Source: Dehalococcoidia bacterium
GTDB lineage: Bacteria; Chloroflexota; Dehalococcoidia; Lucifugimonadales; UBA3495
Length of the DNA: 64,000 nt
Direction: 5' to 3'
Assembly: GCA_965222025.1 (NCBI GenBank)
Contig: CBDCTI010000007.1
Coordinates: 409,882-473,881, forward strand
The position numbers were made by a program, and so were the translations under genes. The notes beneath the pieces are model-generated. The model did not search any database, was not told where the DNA came from, and was given only the letters and a program-made list of their open reading frames with translations. Of the stretch, positions 45,243 to 54,821 are shown one piece after another; the first letter of the stretch is position 1; every line of letters starts with the position of its first letter.

Positions 45243-46103
45243 CTATAGTATGTCGGCCAGACGCTCCAACTGGTCCATCTCGGACACGCTGGGTAGGAAG
45301 ACGACCTCGTCCATCCCGAGGCTTTCCATATCTCGGATGGTGTCCTTGACGGCTTCGGGAGTGGAAATGGCGTTGCGGGCCATCTGCTCGGCAGCCTCGC
45401 CGAGGAAGGAGTAATAGTGGCGAATGTAGCCACCCACCTTGTCGGCGGCGTCGGGGCCGAGGGCGTACGAGGCGACGCCTGCCAGCCTGGGACTGCCGGA
45501 GCGGCCATTCTCCTTCCATGATTCGAGGGCCACCTGGTACTGCTCCTGGACAGCGGCGGCGTTGCCGGCGGCAGCGATGAAGCCATCGGCGTACCTGCCG
45601 ACGCGACGGACGGCATGGGGGGTACCCGCGCCGATGAGCACCTCGGGACCGCCGGGCTGCACCGGGGCCGGGCCCATGGTGCCAATGCCTTCACGAACCA
45701 CCTCGCCATTCCAGATGCGGCGCATGGTGGCGAGCGTACGGCTCATCTGGCGGCCGCGCTGCTGGTATTCGGCAGGCGCGGCGTCGTAGTCGTCGGGACG
45801 CCGACCCACGCCGACGCCCAAGGTGAGGCGGCCTCCAGAGATGGCGTCCAGGCTGGCGGCCTGCTTGGCGAGGACCCCGGGGTTGCGCAGCGGGGCGAGC
45901 AGGACCCCGGTGAGCAGTCGCACGTTGCTTGTGACGCCTGCGGCTGCAGCGAGCATCACCATTGGCTCGTAGTTGTCGTAAACGAGCCGGTCGATGGTGC
46001 CAACGCTGGAAAAGGGGCCGGCGTCAGCGCGCCTGGCCCACTCGAGGATGAAGTCTCCCTTGGTGCCCGGAACGTTACCGGGAAGTCCGATTCCTACTTT
46101 CAC
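45243..46103 (-). CDS. luciferase-like (LLM-class) probable F420-dependent oxidoreductase
   Basis: ORF track. MKVGIGLPG...LLTGVLLAPLRNPGVLAKQAASLDAISGGRLTLGVGVG. Confidence 0.75.
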   Translation of the reverse strand: MKVGIGLPGNVPGTKGDFILEWARRADAGPFSSVGTIDRLVYDNYEPMVMLAAAAGVTSNVRLLTGVLLAPLRNPGVLAKQAASLDAISGGRLTLGVGVGRRPDDYDAAPAEYQQRGRQMSRTLATMRRIWNGEVVREGIGTMGPAPVQPGGPEVLIGAGTPHAVRRVGRYADGFIAAAGNAAAVQEQYQVALESWKENGRSGSPRLAGVASYALGPDAADKVGGYIRHYYSFLGEAAEQMARNAISTPEAVKDTIRDMESLGMDEVVFLPSVSEMDQLERLADIL

Positions 46104-46188
46104 TGCCCCACTCCGTTCAGGTCTGGTTCAAGATCGGGGTGTCCAATGTAAGAAGACCGCAGGTTCCGATACTCGCTGTGATGGCGGA

Positions 46189-47346
46189 TCAGCCGCCCTT
46201 GACCAAGTCCAGTTGCTCGAAGCTGCCGCCGACGATGGGCTTGGCGTCAAGTCCGAGCCACTTCTCGAGGAGGGTGGAGTAGACGCCGCGGTAGTCGACC
46301 TCGAAGTGCAGGTCGCCGTCCAGCAGGTCCTCTTCCTTCAGCGATGGGTAGGTGCCGTGCATGCCGCCGGCCACGTGGTCGCCGATCACGAAGGCGGCAC
46401 CGCCGGAGCCGTGGTCAGTGCCGGAGCCGTTGTCCTTGACCCGGCGGCCGAACTCGGTGAACACGAGCATCATTGCCTCGGTGGAGCTGTCATGCTCGCG
46501 CAGGTCGGCGAAGAAGTCGCCGATGCCCTGAGACAGTTCGCTCAGGAGCTGAGTCTGGACGGGCATCTGGCCCGAGTGGGTATCGTAGCCTGCCTGGGCG
46601 GTGTAGAAGACGCGGGTTCCCAACCCGGCCAGGTAGGACTGGGCGATGCCCTTGAGGTTGCGGGCGATAGCGGTCTCGGCGTATTCAACGGTGGACGAAT
46701 AGCCGGCAGTGGCGGTGCCAAGGATGTCGGCGCCCTTCAGCGCGTCGGTGCCGGTGCGGGCGAGGTAGTCGAGGGTCGCGCCGGAGCCGATGGCGGGCGA
46801 GTACATGCGGCCGAAGACTTCCAGGGCACGAGAGCGGCGTTCCTCGTCACCGATGGCGGTGAGGAAGCCGTGGTTCTCCAGCGAGCCTACGGAAGTGACG
46901 GGGACGCCTGACAAGGCCAGGGCCCGGGGAAGTCCACGACCGAAGTTGACGCCGGTGAGGACGTTCTCGCCGTGGGGGTCGAGGTCGCGGATGGCGCGGC
47001 CAAGCCAGCCTTCGGTGGCGACACGTTCCGGCTCGCAGGTGTGCCAGATGTCCATGGCCCGGAAGTGAGAGCGATTGGGGTTGGGGTATCCGATGCCGTT
47101 GATGACGGCGACGCGCCCGTCGTCATAGAGCTCCTTCAGGGGAGCGAGGACGGGGTTGAAGCCGTAATGGTCGTCGATGTGCAGGATGTCTTCCTCAGCC
47201 ACGCCGACGGTGGGGCGATTGTCGCGGTAGAGCGGGTCGGCGTAGGGGACCACGGTGTTCATGTAGTCGTTGCCGCCGGTCAGCTGTACGACAATCAGGA
47301 CCGGGTCGCGGTTTACGCTGGTCATTGCACCCTCCATGCTGGGCAT
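46189..47346 (-). CDS. DUF1501 (sulfatase-fold) protein
   Basis: ORF track. LIVVQLTGGNDYMNTVVP...GTDHGSGG are DUF1501 hallmarks. No Tat/Sec signal is visible. Confidence 0.7.
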   Translation of the reverse strand: MPSMEGAMTSVNRDPVLIVVQLTGGNDYMNTVVPYADPLYRDNRPTVGVAEEDILHIDDHYGFNPVLAPLKELYDDGRVAVINGIGYPNPNRSHFRAMDIWHTCEPERVATEGWLGRAIRDLDPHGENVLTGVNFGRGLPRALALSGVPVTSVGSLENHGFLTAIGDEERRSRALEVFGRMYSPAIGSGATLDYLARTGTDALKGADILGTATAGYSSTVEYAETAIARNLKGIAQSYLAGLGTRVFYTAQAGYDTHSGQMPVQTQLLSELSQGIGDFFADLREHDSSTEAMMLVFTEFGRRVKDNGSGTDHGSGGAAFVIGDHVAGGMHGTYPSLKEEDLLDGDLHFEVDYRGVYSTLLEKWLGLDAKPIVGGSFEQLDLVKGG

Positions 47347-47440
47347 CGCTCTGGGCCGGGCCTTTAGCTTGACACCATTTGGGCCAATTGTATGCGGTCA
47401 GGGTACAGGATTCAAACGGGAGAAGCCTTGCGAGTGTGGG

Positions 47441-47475
47441 AAAAATGTGAGAGGCCCCGGAAAGTTCCGGGGCCT
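47441..47475 (-). terminator. intrinsic terminator downstream of tRNA-Trp
   Basis: AGGCCCCGG-AACTTT-CCGGGGCCT on the minus strand, followed by CTCACATTTTT. Confidence 0.55.
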
Positions 47476-47492
47476 GCTTGATTGGCGGGAGA

Positions 47493-47570
47493 TGGCAGGA
47501 GCGGCAGGATTCGAACCCGCGACCACTGGTTTTGGAGACCAGCGCTCTGGCCAAACTGAGCTACGCTCCT
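47493..47570 (-). tRNA. tRNA-Trp (anticodon CCA), CCA end encoded
   Basis: I folded the cloverleaf by hand. Acceptor stem AGGAGCG/CGCUCCU, D stem GCUC/GAGC, anticodon stem CUGGU/ACCAG with loop CUCCAAA, T arm GCGGG-UUCGAAU-CCUGC, discriminator G, then CCA. Confidence 0.9.
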
Positions 47571-47640
47571 GCGATTCTTTAATTTTATCGCAAGGAAGGG
47601 GCGTTTTCAACGCGGGTGGCTTACAAAGCGAAGGCACAAA

Positions 47641-48006
47641 TTAAATATACAATTGCCCCTGCTCCAGTGGGACAGAGCGGGTTCTGCTACTTTGGCGAGC
47701 CCTACGCCTAGGGGGCAGGGGCGGAACCTCGGATCCTGCAGAAACACGTCGCAGATGGCGTTCCATGAATTCTCGGGCAGTTGTTTTGATCCACTTGTTT
47801 GAAGTGACGACTACTCTTCCTCCCTCCGGATTGTTCCTGAACCATTCCGTCCATTCGTCGTAAAAAACGGTGATTTTCCCCAAGGCTTGTACGCAAGATT
47901 GACTACTATCGCCGGCGATCCTGAGAATGCGCCCTCCATGGTGGTAAATCTCTGGGAACAGCCGCATTTCGGTGGCTATGTCCCTGTGCTTGTCATGACA
48001 CACTAG
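47641..48006 (-). pseudogene. C-terminal fragment of the disrupted DUF5615 (PIN-like) toxin gene
   Basis: Part of ORF 47641..48117 downstream of the CTA codon at 48006..48004: VCHDKHRDIATEMRLFPEIYHHGGRILRIAG... It joins in frame with the fragment 50943..51090. Confidence 0.55.
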
Positions 48007-48155
48007 TATTACAACGACGCTTCGCAAGAAAGGGACCCTGAGTACCTCTTCATAGCGACCTGCCCACGCCCGTGACAGCCTTGCGGCCTTGCCTTTCGCG
48101 AAGCGATTTCCGGCCAAAAACTGACTAGATTATGGAAGCGTCGTTGTAATACTAG
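48003..48155. mobile_element. MITE-like palindromic element, copy 1 (145-bp body between CTAG tetranucleotides)
   Basis: The terminal inverted repeat CTAGTATTACAACGACGCTTC ... GAAGCGTCGTTGTAATACTAG is 21 bp. A second copy lies at 62987..63139. Confidence 0.65.
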
Positions 48156-48158
48156 TAC

Positions 48159-48811
<653 letters not shown>

Positions 48812-48815
<4 letters not shown>

Positions 48816-49306
48816 CCTGGGGATGCACCACTCTTTCTTTTGCCAGGGCTTGAGCGCGTTTTTTTCAGCCGCCGGCGAACCCCCTCGTGGGAGATGGAGG
48901 TCGCCAACCCCAACTCCACCACCTTCCCAGCCAAAAGGCGCAGGGTCCAGTGGTCATGGCCTTCCGGCGCCGAACTGCAGGCCAGAGCGATGAGGTGGGC
49001 CTCGCCCCTGTCGTCCAACTTCCGGCGCCGGTTGACCTGGCGCCGGTCCCACAGGGCCCCGTCCAACCCCGCCTCCGTAAAGCGGCGCTTGATCTGGTAC
49101 ACGGTGCCCAGCGCCACGTCCAAGGCTTCGGCCACCCGGGGAGCGGCCCAACCGTCGTCGCTCTTGAGCAGAATCCGCGCCCTGGCCGTGACTCGGGCCG
49201 AGCTTTTCCCAACCCGAATCAGATTCTGGAGTTCTTCCCGTTGTTCCGGCACCAGCCGCACGGCGTACTTATCACGCACCATCACCGCCACCCCCACCGT
49301 CAACAC
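48812..49306 (-). CDS. IS630-family transposase, N-terminal HTH part (orfA)
   Basis: ORF track. VRLVPEQREELQNLIRVGKSSARVTARARILL...HWTLRLLAGKVVELG. Confidence 0.75.
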
Positions 49307-49380
49307 TTCATCCCGACCACTATAGGGCTATTGGCCGGATTACCGAAGGACTTTCAACATCAAAGTTGACAGAGTACTAG

Positions 49381-50942
49381 CAGCCCGTCCGAGAAACGGG
49401 GTTGGTGAGCCGTTGGGGGTATGATGGTACGGAGCATCAGACGATCGGAGCGGTCAATGAGCAAGACCTACCTTCCCTACGACCCGGACCAGCAGTTGCT
49501 GCTGCCGGCGGCCCTCCAGGAATGGCTGCCGCCGGAGCACTTGGCCTACTTCATCTCCGACGTTGCGGACCAGTTGGACCTCTCGGACATCACCGCCCGC
49601 TACGAGCAGGAGAGGCGGGGCGGCCCGCCCTACCATCCCAGGATGATGGTGAAGGTGCTGCTCTACGGCTACTGCACCGGCGTGGCCTCCTCGAGGCGCA
49701 TCGCCCAGCGGCTGCACGAGGACATCGCCTACCGGGTGCTGGCGGCGAACAACACGCCGGACTTCCGCACCGTCTCCGACTTCCGAAAGGACCATCTGGA
49801 GGCGTTGGGGGAATTGTTCCTGCAGGTGCTGGAGTTGTGCCAGCAGGCAGGACTGGTAAAGCTGGGGCACGTGGCGCTGGACGGGACCAAGGTGAGGGCC
49901 AATGCCTCAAAGCACAAGGCGATGAGCTACGGGCGGATGAAGGAGAAGGAAGCGCGGTTGCAGGCCGAGGTGGACGAGTTGCTCCGCAAGGCGCAGGAGG
50001 TGGACGAGGAGGAGGACCGCCGGTACGGGAAGGACAGGCGTGGGGATGAGTTGCCGGAGGAACTGGCCTTCCGGGAGGGACGGTTGCGGAAGATAAGGGA
50101 GGCCAAGGCGGCGCTGGAGGCCGAGGCCCTGGCGGATGCGGAGCAGGCTGAGTCCGAGGGACGCAATCATCTCGGGGTGCCTGATGACAAGGCGCAGCGG
50201 AACTTCACCGACCCGGACTCCCGGATCATGCCCGGCCCGGGAGGGAGGGACTTCCAGCAGTCCTACAACTGCCAGGCGGTGGTGGACAGCGAGCATCAGG
50301 TGATCGTGGCGGCCTGTGCCACCGATCAGCCCTCGGACAAGGATCAGGCCGTGAGCATGATTGAGGAGGCCATCCTGAACGTGGGCACAGTCCCAAAGGA
50401 AGTCTCCGCCGACGCCGGATACTACTCGGCCAAGGCGGTGGAGGAACTCTACGCCCTGGGAGTGGACCCGTTCGTCGCGCCGGAGAGGACCCGCCACGGC
50501 TGGGTGCCGCCACCGGCGCCCCGTGGCCGCATACCGAAGGGGCTGTCAGCCAAGGACCGGATGCGGCGCAAGCTGCGGACGAAACGGGGCAGGGAACGCT
50601 ACGCGCTTCGGATGGAGACGGTGGAACCGGTATTCGGGCAGATCAAGCAGGGCCGGGGCTTCCGGCAGTTCCTGCTGCGGGGTCTGGCTAAGGTGAACCG
50701 GGAGTGGCTGATCATCTGCGCCGGCCACAACCTGCTGAAGCTGTTCCGGTATGGGGCCGGGATGTTCGTCAAGGCGAGGGGAAAAGGCGCCACTGGGAAC
50801 GACAGGGAGACGCGCCGGTCCATGGGCAGTGGGATTTTCAAGCGACAATCCGCAGGTGCCTACCCGCACCCCGCCAGAACCGTTGTCGCAGGGTAGTCCC
50901 GGCTGACCGACACCGCCAGTCGGTCAATCCTCAGACGGGCTG
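49381..50942 (+). mobile_element. IS1182/IS5-superfamily insertion sequence, copy 1 (1562 bp), flanked by CTAG
   Basis: The ends are CAGCCCGTCCGAG... and ...CTCAGACGGGCTG (imperfect inverted repeats). CTAG lies at 49377-49380 and 50943-50946. A near-identical copy begins at 63140. Confidence 0.8.
49457..50896 (+). CDS. IS1182-family DDE transposase
   Basis: ORF 49421..50896 from ATG 49457: MSKTYLPYDPDQQLLLPAALQEWLPPEHLAYFI...PPYHPRMMVKVLLYGYCTGVASSRRI...PDFRTVSDFRK. Confidence 0.85.
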   Translation: MSKTYLPYDPDQQLLLPAALQEWLPPEHLAYFISDVADQLDLSDITARYEQERRGGPPYHPRMMVKVLLYGYCTGVASSRRIAQRLHEDIAYRVLAANNTPDFRTVSDFRKDHLEALGELFLQVLELCQQAGLVKLGHVALDGTKVRANASKHKAMSYGRMKEKEARLQAEVDELLRKAQEVDEEEDRRYGKDRRGDELPEELAFREGRLRKIREAKAALEAEALADAEQAESEGRNHLGVPDDKAQRNFTDPDSRIMPGPGGRDFQQSYNCQAVVDSEHQVIVAACATDQPSDKDQAVSMIEEAILNVGTVPKEVSADAGYYSAKAVEELYALGVDPFVAPERTRHGWVPPPAPRGRIPKGLSAKDRMRRKLRTKRGRERYALRMETVEPVFGQIKQGRGFRQFLLRGLAKVNREWLIICAGHNLLKLFRYGAGMFVKARGKGATGNDRETRRSMGSGIFKRQSAGAYPHPARTVVAG

Positions 50943-51090
50943 CTAGAATACGCCTTCTTCGCCTGGCATATCGCAACACTTCGACATCATCTCTGATGAG
51001 TTGGGCGTCCCGAGGAGCTAAGCGGACATCGAAGCCAACAGCCTTCAGGTAGTCAGCCAGTTCTGGGTCAATATCACCATCTAGCAGCAA
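50943..51090 (-). pseudogene. N-terminal fragment of the disrupted DUF5615 (PIN-like) toxin gene
   Basis: From TTG 51090 (GGAG upstream): MLLDGDIDPELADYLKAVGFDVRLAPRDAQLIRDDVEVLRYARRRRRIL. The frame then runs into IS-derived sequence (ORF 50860..51225). Confidence 0.55.
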
Positions 51091-51757
51091 CTTCTCCAGC
51101 CGCGGTAATCGGCGAATTAAGATATTTCTCGTACTCAATCGCTCTCTCGATACATTGCCTAGGTATCGGGTCGTACAACTCGGTGAGTCTGTCGATAGAT
51201 ACTCCCTTTTTGAATTTCGCTGCAACGGTAGCGGTCGGAATTCTTGTGTTCCTTAAGACGGGTTCACCGCTCATGACGTTGGGCTGAATAGAAATACAAT
51301 TCGAGAATCCCTCGGGTAGGAGAATATCTCCGTCCTCGTCCATCTCCCGAAGAATGTCAAAAACGTCGCCGAACAACCTAGTATCGATACGTTGTCCCCC
51401 CATATCTGCTGCCGTTACGTCCCATTCGTCCAATTTCTCAGCATAAACATGGTTATTGGCAATGTAAACGTGAACGTCAGCCCAGCCACGGTTAGGACTT
51501 CCGAATCTGTCTATTAAATGCCTCAAAGCTATGCAGACTGACCGCATATTCAGTTTCTTGTCCCGAACGGCTCGACTCAGGCGCAGTATCGTTAGGTCGG
51601 CATACGAATACCCTTCATCGATGACTTCATCGCCGCTCAAGATTCGCACCGATGGTTTCAGAATGTTTTTCGTTTTCCAGTCATACAAAGTGCTACGAGG
51701 AATCCGTGCCAATCGGGAGACTTGGAATGTGGAATAAAAGCCTTGCCATTCGCCCAT
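51074..51757 (-). CDS. MerR-like HTH plus DUF433 protein (antitoxin-like partner of DUF5615)
   Basis: ORF track. FQVSRLARIPRSTLYDWKTKNIL is the HTH. PNVMSGEPVLRNTRIPTATVAAKFKKGVSIDRLTELYDPIPRQCIERAIEY is the DUF433 region. Confidence 0.7.
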   Translation of the reverse strand: MGEWQGFYSTFQVSRLARIPRSTLYDWKTKNILKPSVRILSGDEVIDEGYSYADLTILRLSRAVRDKKLNMRSVCIALRHLIDRFGSPNRGWADVHVYIANNHVYAEKLDEWDVTAADMGGQRIDTRLFGDVFDILREMDEDGDILLPEGFSNCISIQPNVMSGEPVLRNTRIPTATVAAKFKKGVSIDRLTELYDPIPRQCIERAIEYEKYLNSPITAAGEVAARW

Positions 51758-52109
51758 AACATTTCAACTCCACTAAGGAGGACTCAAGATCTGGCTGCTC
51801 TCATAGAAACAATCGCAGATGGGGAGGGCCTAAGCAGATGCTCCTTGCTAAGTTGAGTTCAGGTACCCCGAAGAGTCCGAGCCACTAATCCAACAATTTG
51901 CTAGCTACTATCGAGTAATACCTAGGCCCTTCAACATGCCGAATAGCTACGCATACTCACCAAGGGGAGTTTGGATAATACCAGAGAATCTGTCCAAGAG
52001 TCTGTTGCGATTACAAAGGCGCAAGTCGCGCGACAGTATATCCCCCCTCAGTTAGTGTTCCGCTAGTGGGAACTTGTAAGGGATCAAGGAGGCTGCCAGC
52101 AAGTCGAGG

Positions 52110-53081
52110 CTACTGGCCGGGGGGGCGCTCCTGGATGGGGTATTCGAAGTAGGCGGCGGTTACGAGGAAGTGGAGTTCGCCGCAGAATTCGGATACCTCA
52201 CGGAGCAGGTCTTCGCGTTCTTCGCTGTCTGGCCACTCGTTGTTGATCATGGAGGCGAGCCGTCCGGTGAGACGCTGGACGGCGCGGCTGGAGTGGCGGC
52301 GCGGACCCCGTCCGATGACGTCTATCTCGGCAGTGATGAGGTTGATGGATCGGCTGAGGGAGTCGGGCAGCAGGGGATCGCTTACCAGCAGGTCGAGGAC
52401 GCGGTCGGAGGCGACCTCGGCGCTGTGAAGGTGCTGGTACGCCTCGAGGGCGTGGAAGACGCGCAGGAGGGACACCCAGTCCGCCTCGTAGAACTCGTCG
52501 GCGGAGCCGGAGGCGTCGATCTGCGACAGCAGGAGCGCGGCGGCGCACTGGGCGCGCTCGACGTGGCGGCCGAGCTGGAGGAAACTCCAACCCTCGTCAT
52601 GGTACATGGTGGTCTCGGCGAGGCCGCGGAAGGTGTTGAGGTCGGCCACGGTATCGTCGTAGAAGGCCCAGGGCTCGCCGCTCCACACTGTGACCATGTC
52701 CTGCTGCTGCAGTTTCTGGTAGGAGGTGTTGAGACGCGTCCAGACCTCGGGGCTGATGCAGTGGCGAGTGTCGCGGGCGTTCTCTCGGCCGAGGGAGAAA
52801 CAGCTGAACACTGATGAAGGATTGGAACGTTCGAAGGTCAGGTCGTCGGCAAGGGTGAAGGAGTCGGCCAGAGCGAACTCCTCGTCGCCGAACAGGTCGA
52901 CCCTTCCGCCGGGCGGCTGGCTGCCAACGCTGTCATAGATGCGGTTCCAGCCGAAGTGAATCTCGCGGACGGGGCGGTCAACCAGCGCCTCGGACTGCAG
53001 GCGCAGGAGGCGGCAGAGATGTCCGGCCCGCTCGAGGTGGCGGCCAATCCAGTAGAGGCTCTGCGCGTGGCGGGAAAGCAT
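52110..53081 (-). CDS. alpha-E domain (DUF403) protein
   Basis: ORF track. MLSRHAQSLYWIGRHLERAGHLCRLL is the canonical alpha-E N-terminus. Confidence 0.8.
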   Translation of the reverse strand: MLSRHAQSLYWIGRHLERAGHLCRLLRLQSEALVDRPVREIHFGWNRIYDSVGSQPPGGRVDLFGDEEFALADSFTLADDLTFERSNPSSVFSCFSLGRENARDTRHCISPEVWTRLNTSYQKLQQQDMVTVWSGEPWAFYDDTVADLNTFRGLAETTMYHDEGWSFLQLGRHVERAQCAAALLLSQIDASGSADEFYEADWVSLLRVFHALEAYQHLHSAEVASDRVLDLLVSDPLLPDSLSRSINLITAEIDVIGRGPRRHSSRAVQRLTGRLASMINNEWPDSEEREDLLREVSEFCGELHFLVTAAYFEYPIQERPPGQ

Positions 53082-53193
53082 GATTCGCTCCTGCTTCAGG
53101 CTGGGGAGTTGCCGTCTTCACCCGCGCTCCCCATTTCCATAAAAGAGGCTTGGTATGGGCGGGCTTTGATCTTCTCTCAGCCTGGAAGGCGCT

Positions 53194-54654
53194 CTAGTCA
53201 GAATTGCCGGAGGTATGGTCCGGGTCCCCCAGGACCCAGACGTCCTTGCCGCCACCGCCCTGGCTGGAATTGACGACCAGGCTGCCCCGGCGCAGGGCGA
53301 CGCGACAGAAGGCACCGGGTACGATCCGGGTCTGGCGGCCGGTGAGAACGAAGGGTCGCAGATCGACGTGGCGCGGCTCGAAGTTGCCGTCGATAAGACA
53401 GGGTGACCGGGACAGAGCAAGGACCGGCTGAGCGATGAACCCCGCGGGGTCGGTCCGTAGCACCTGGGCGTAGTCGTCGCGCTCCTGCTGAGTGGCGTGA
53501 GGGCCGATGATCATGCCGTAACCGCCGGACCCGCCAACACGCTTGACCACGAGGTTGGCCAGGTTGTCGAGGGTGTACTCCAGATCCTCGGGGCGTCGGC
53601 ACAGGAAGGTCTCCACGTTCTGGATCAGCGGCTCCTGGCCGAGGTAGTAGCGGATCATGTCTGGCACATAGGCGTAGACGCTCTTGTCGTCCGCCACGCC
53701 GGTGCCGGGGGCGTTGGCGAGGGTGACGTTGCCGAGCTGGGCCGCGTCAATCAGTCCGCGTACGCCCAGCAAAGAGTCGGGGCGGAACACCAGCGGGTCC
53801 AGGAAGTCGTCGTCGACCCGTCGGTAGATGACGTCGACCTGCTGAAGGCCGTCGGTGGTGCGCATGTACAAGATGCCGTTGCGAACGACGAGGTCCTGCC
53901 CTTCGACCAGCTCGGCGCCGATTTCACGGGCCAGGAACATGTGCTCGTAGTAGGCGGAGTTGTAGACACCGGGGGTCAGCAGGGCAATGACGGGGTTGGG
54001 CTTGCCGTTGGGGGCCAGCTCGGCGAGGGTGGTCTGCAGGGTGGCACCGTACTGCTCCACCTCCTGGACCCGGGAGCTGCGGTAGAGGCGGGGGAGGCTG
54101 GCCTTGGCGGCCTTGCGGTTGGCGATCATATAGGAGACACCGGAGGGAACGCGCAGGTTGTCTTCGAGGACGCGGTAGCCGTCGTTGGTGCGTACGACGT
54201 CGGTGCCGCAGACAGCGACCCAGGTGCCGTGGGGCGGCGCAAAGTCGCGCATTTCCGGGCGGTACTGGGGGCAGCCGTGAACCATGTCGTCCGGGATGAC
54301 GCCGTCGTCGATGATGCGGCCCTCGCCGTATACGTCTTCGAGGAAGAAGTTGAGGGCCCGGATCCGCTGGGTCAGGCCGTCGGACAGACCCTGCCAGTCG
54401 GAGGCGGGGAGGACGCGGGGGATGGGGTCGACGGGGATTATGCGCTCTTCGGCCTCGGCGTCGCCGTAGACGGTAAAGGAAATGCTTTCGCGGGCGAAGG
54501 TGCGGTTGACGCGGCCCTGGATGGAGGCGAGTTCGTCAGCGGAGAAGCGGGTGAGGGCGTCGTACAGGTGCTGGGCGTGCTCGCGGGGCGCTCCGTCGGG
54601 CAGGAACATTTCGTCGTAAACGGAAGGGTCTAATTGGTAATGGTCGAAACTCAC
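53194..54654 (-). CDS. circularly permuted type-2 ATP-grasp protein (DUF404/DUF407)
   Basis: ORF track. 486 aa, with the usual pairing upstream of an alpha-E gene. GVSYMIANR...GTGVADDKSVYAYVP. Confidence 0.75.
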   Translation of the reverse strand: MSFDHYQLDPSVYDEMFLPDGAPREHAQHLYDALTRFSADELASIQGRVNRTFARESISFTVYGDAEAEERIIPVDPIPRVLPASDWQGLSDGLTQRIRALNFFLEDVYGEGRIIDDGVIPDDMVHGCPQYRPEMRDFAPPHGTWVAVCGTDVVRTNDGYRVLEDNLRVPSGVSYMIANRKAAKASLPRLYRSSRVQEVEQYGATLQTTLAELAPNGKPNPVIALLTPGVYNSAYYEHMFLAREIGAELVEGQDLVVRNGILYMRTTDGLQQVDVIYRRVDDDFLDPLVFRPDSLLGVRGLIDAAQLGNVTLANAPGTGVADDKSVYAYVPDMIRYYLGQEPLIQNVETFLCRRPEDLEYTLDNLANLVVKRVGGSGGYGMIIGPHATQQERDDYAQVLRTDPAGFIAQPVLALSRSPCLIDGNFEPRHVDLRPFVLTGRQTRIVPGAFCRVALRRGSLVVNSSQGGGGKDVWVLGDPDHTSGNSD

Positions 54655-54821
54655 TGATCACACCCTTGTCCGCACGCCGGAGTTTGCAGCCAACTCAAGC
54701 AATTTCATTATACCCGCAGAATGAGACGGCTTCACAACAAGATTGTGAACCGTGCGTGAAAAGGGAGCTGCTACGAACCCAAACGGCGTGGCGGGAAGGT
54801 CCGTGGCAACTCCTGGGTCAC

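Noticed and set aside
48007-48110. Clustered substitutions between the two MITE-like copies as a possible diversity-generating-retroelement signature
   Set aside because: The substitutions involve all four bases, not only adenines, and no reverse transcriptase is present in the window.
47641-48117. Track ORF 47641..48117 as an intact 158-aa gene, and its look-alike 62910..63101
   Set aside because: The first 38 codons are encoded by the palindromic MITE-like element and are shared with the second copy. The remainder is the C-terminal part of the split DUF5615 gene, so the ORF is a chimera created by insertion.
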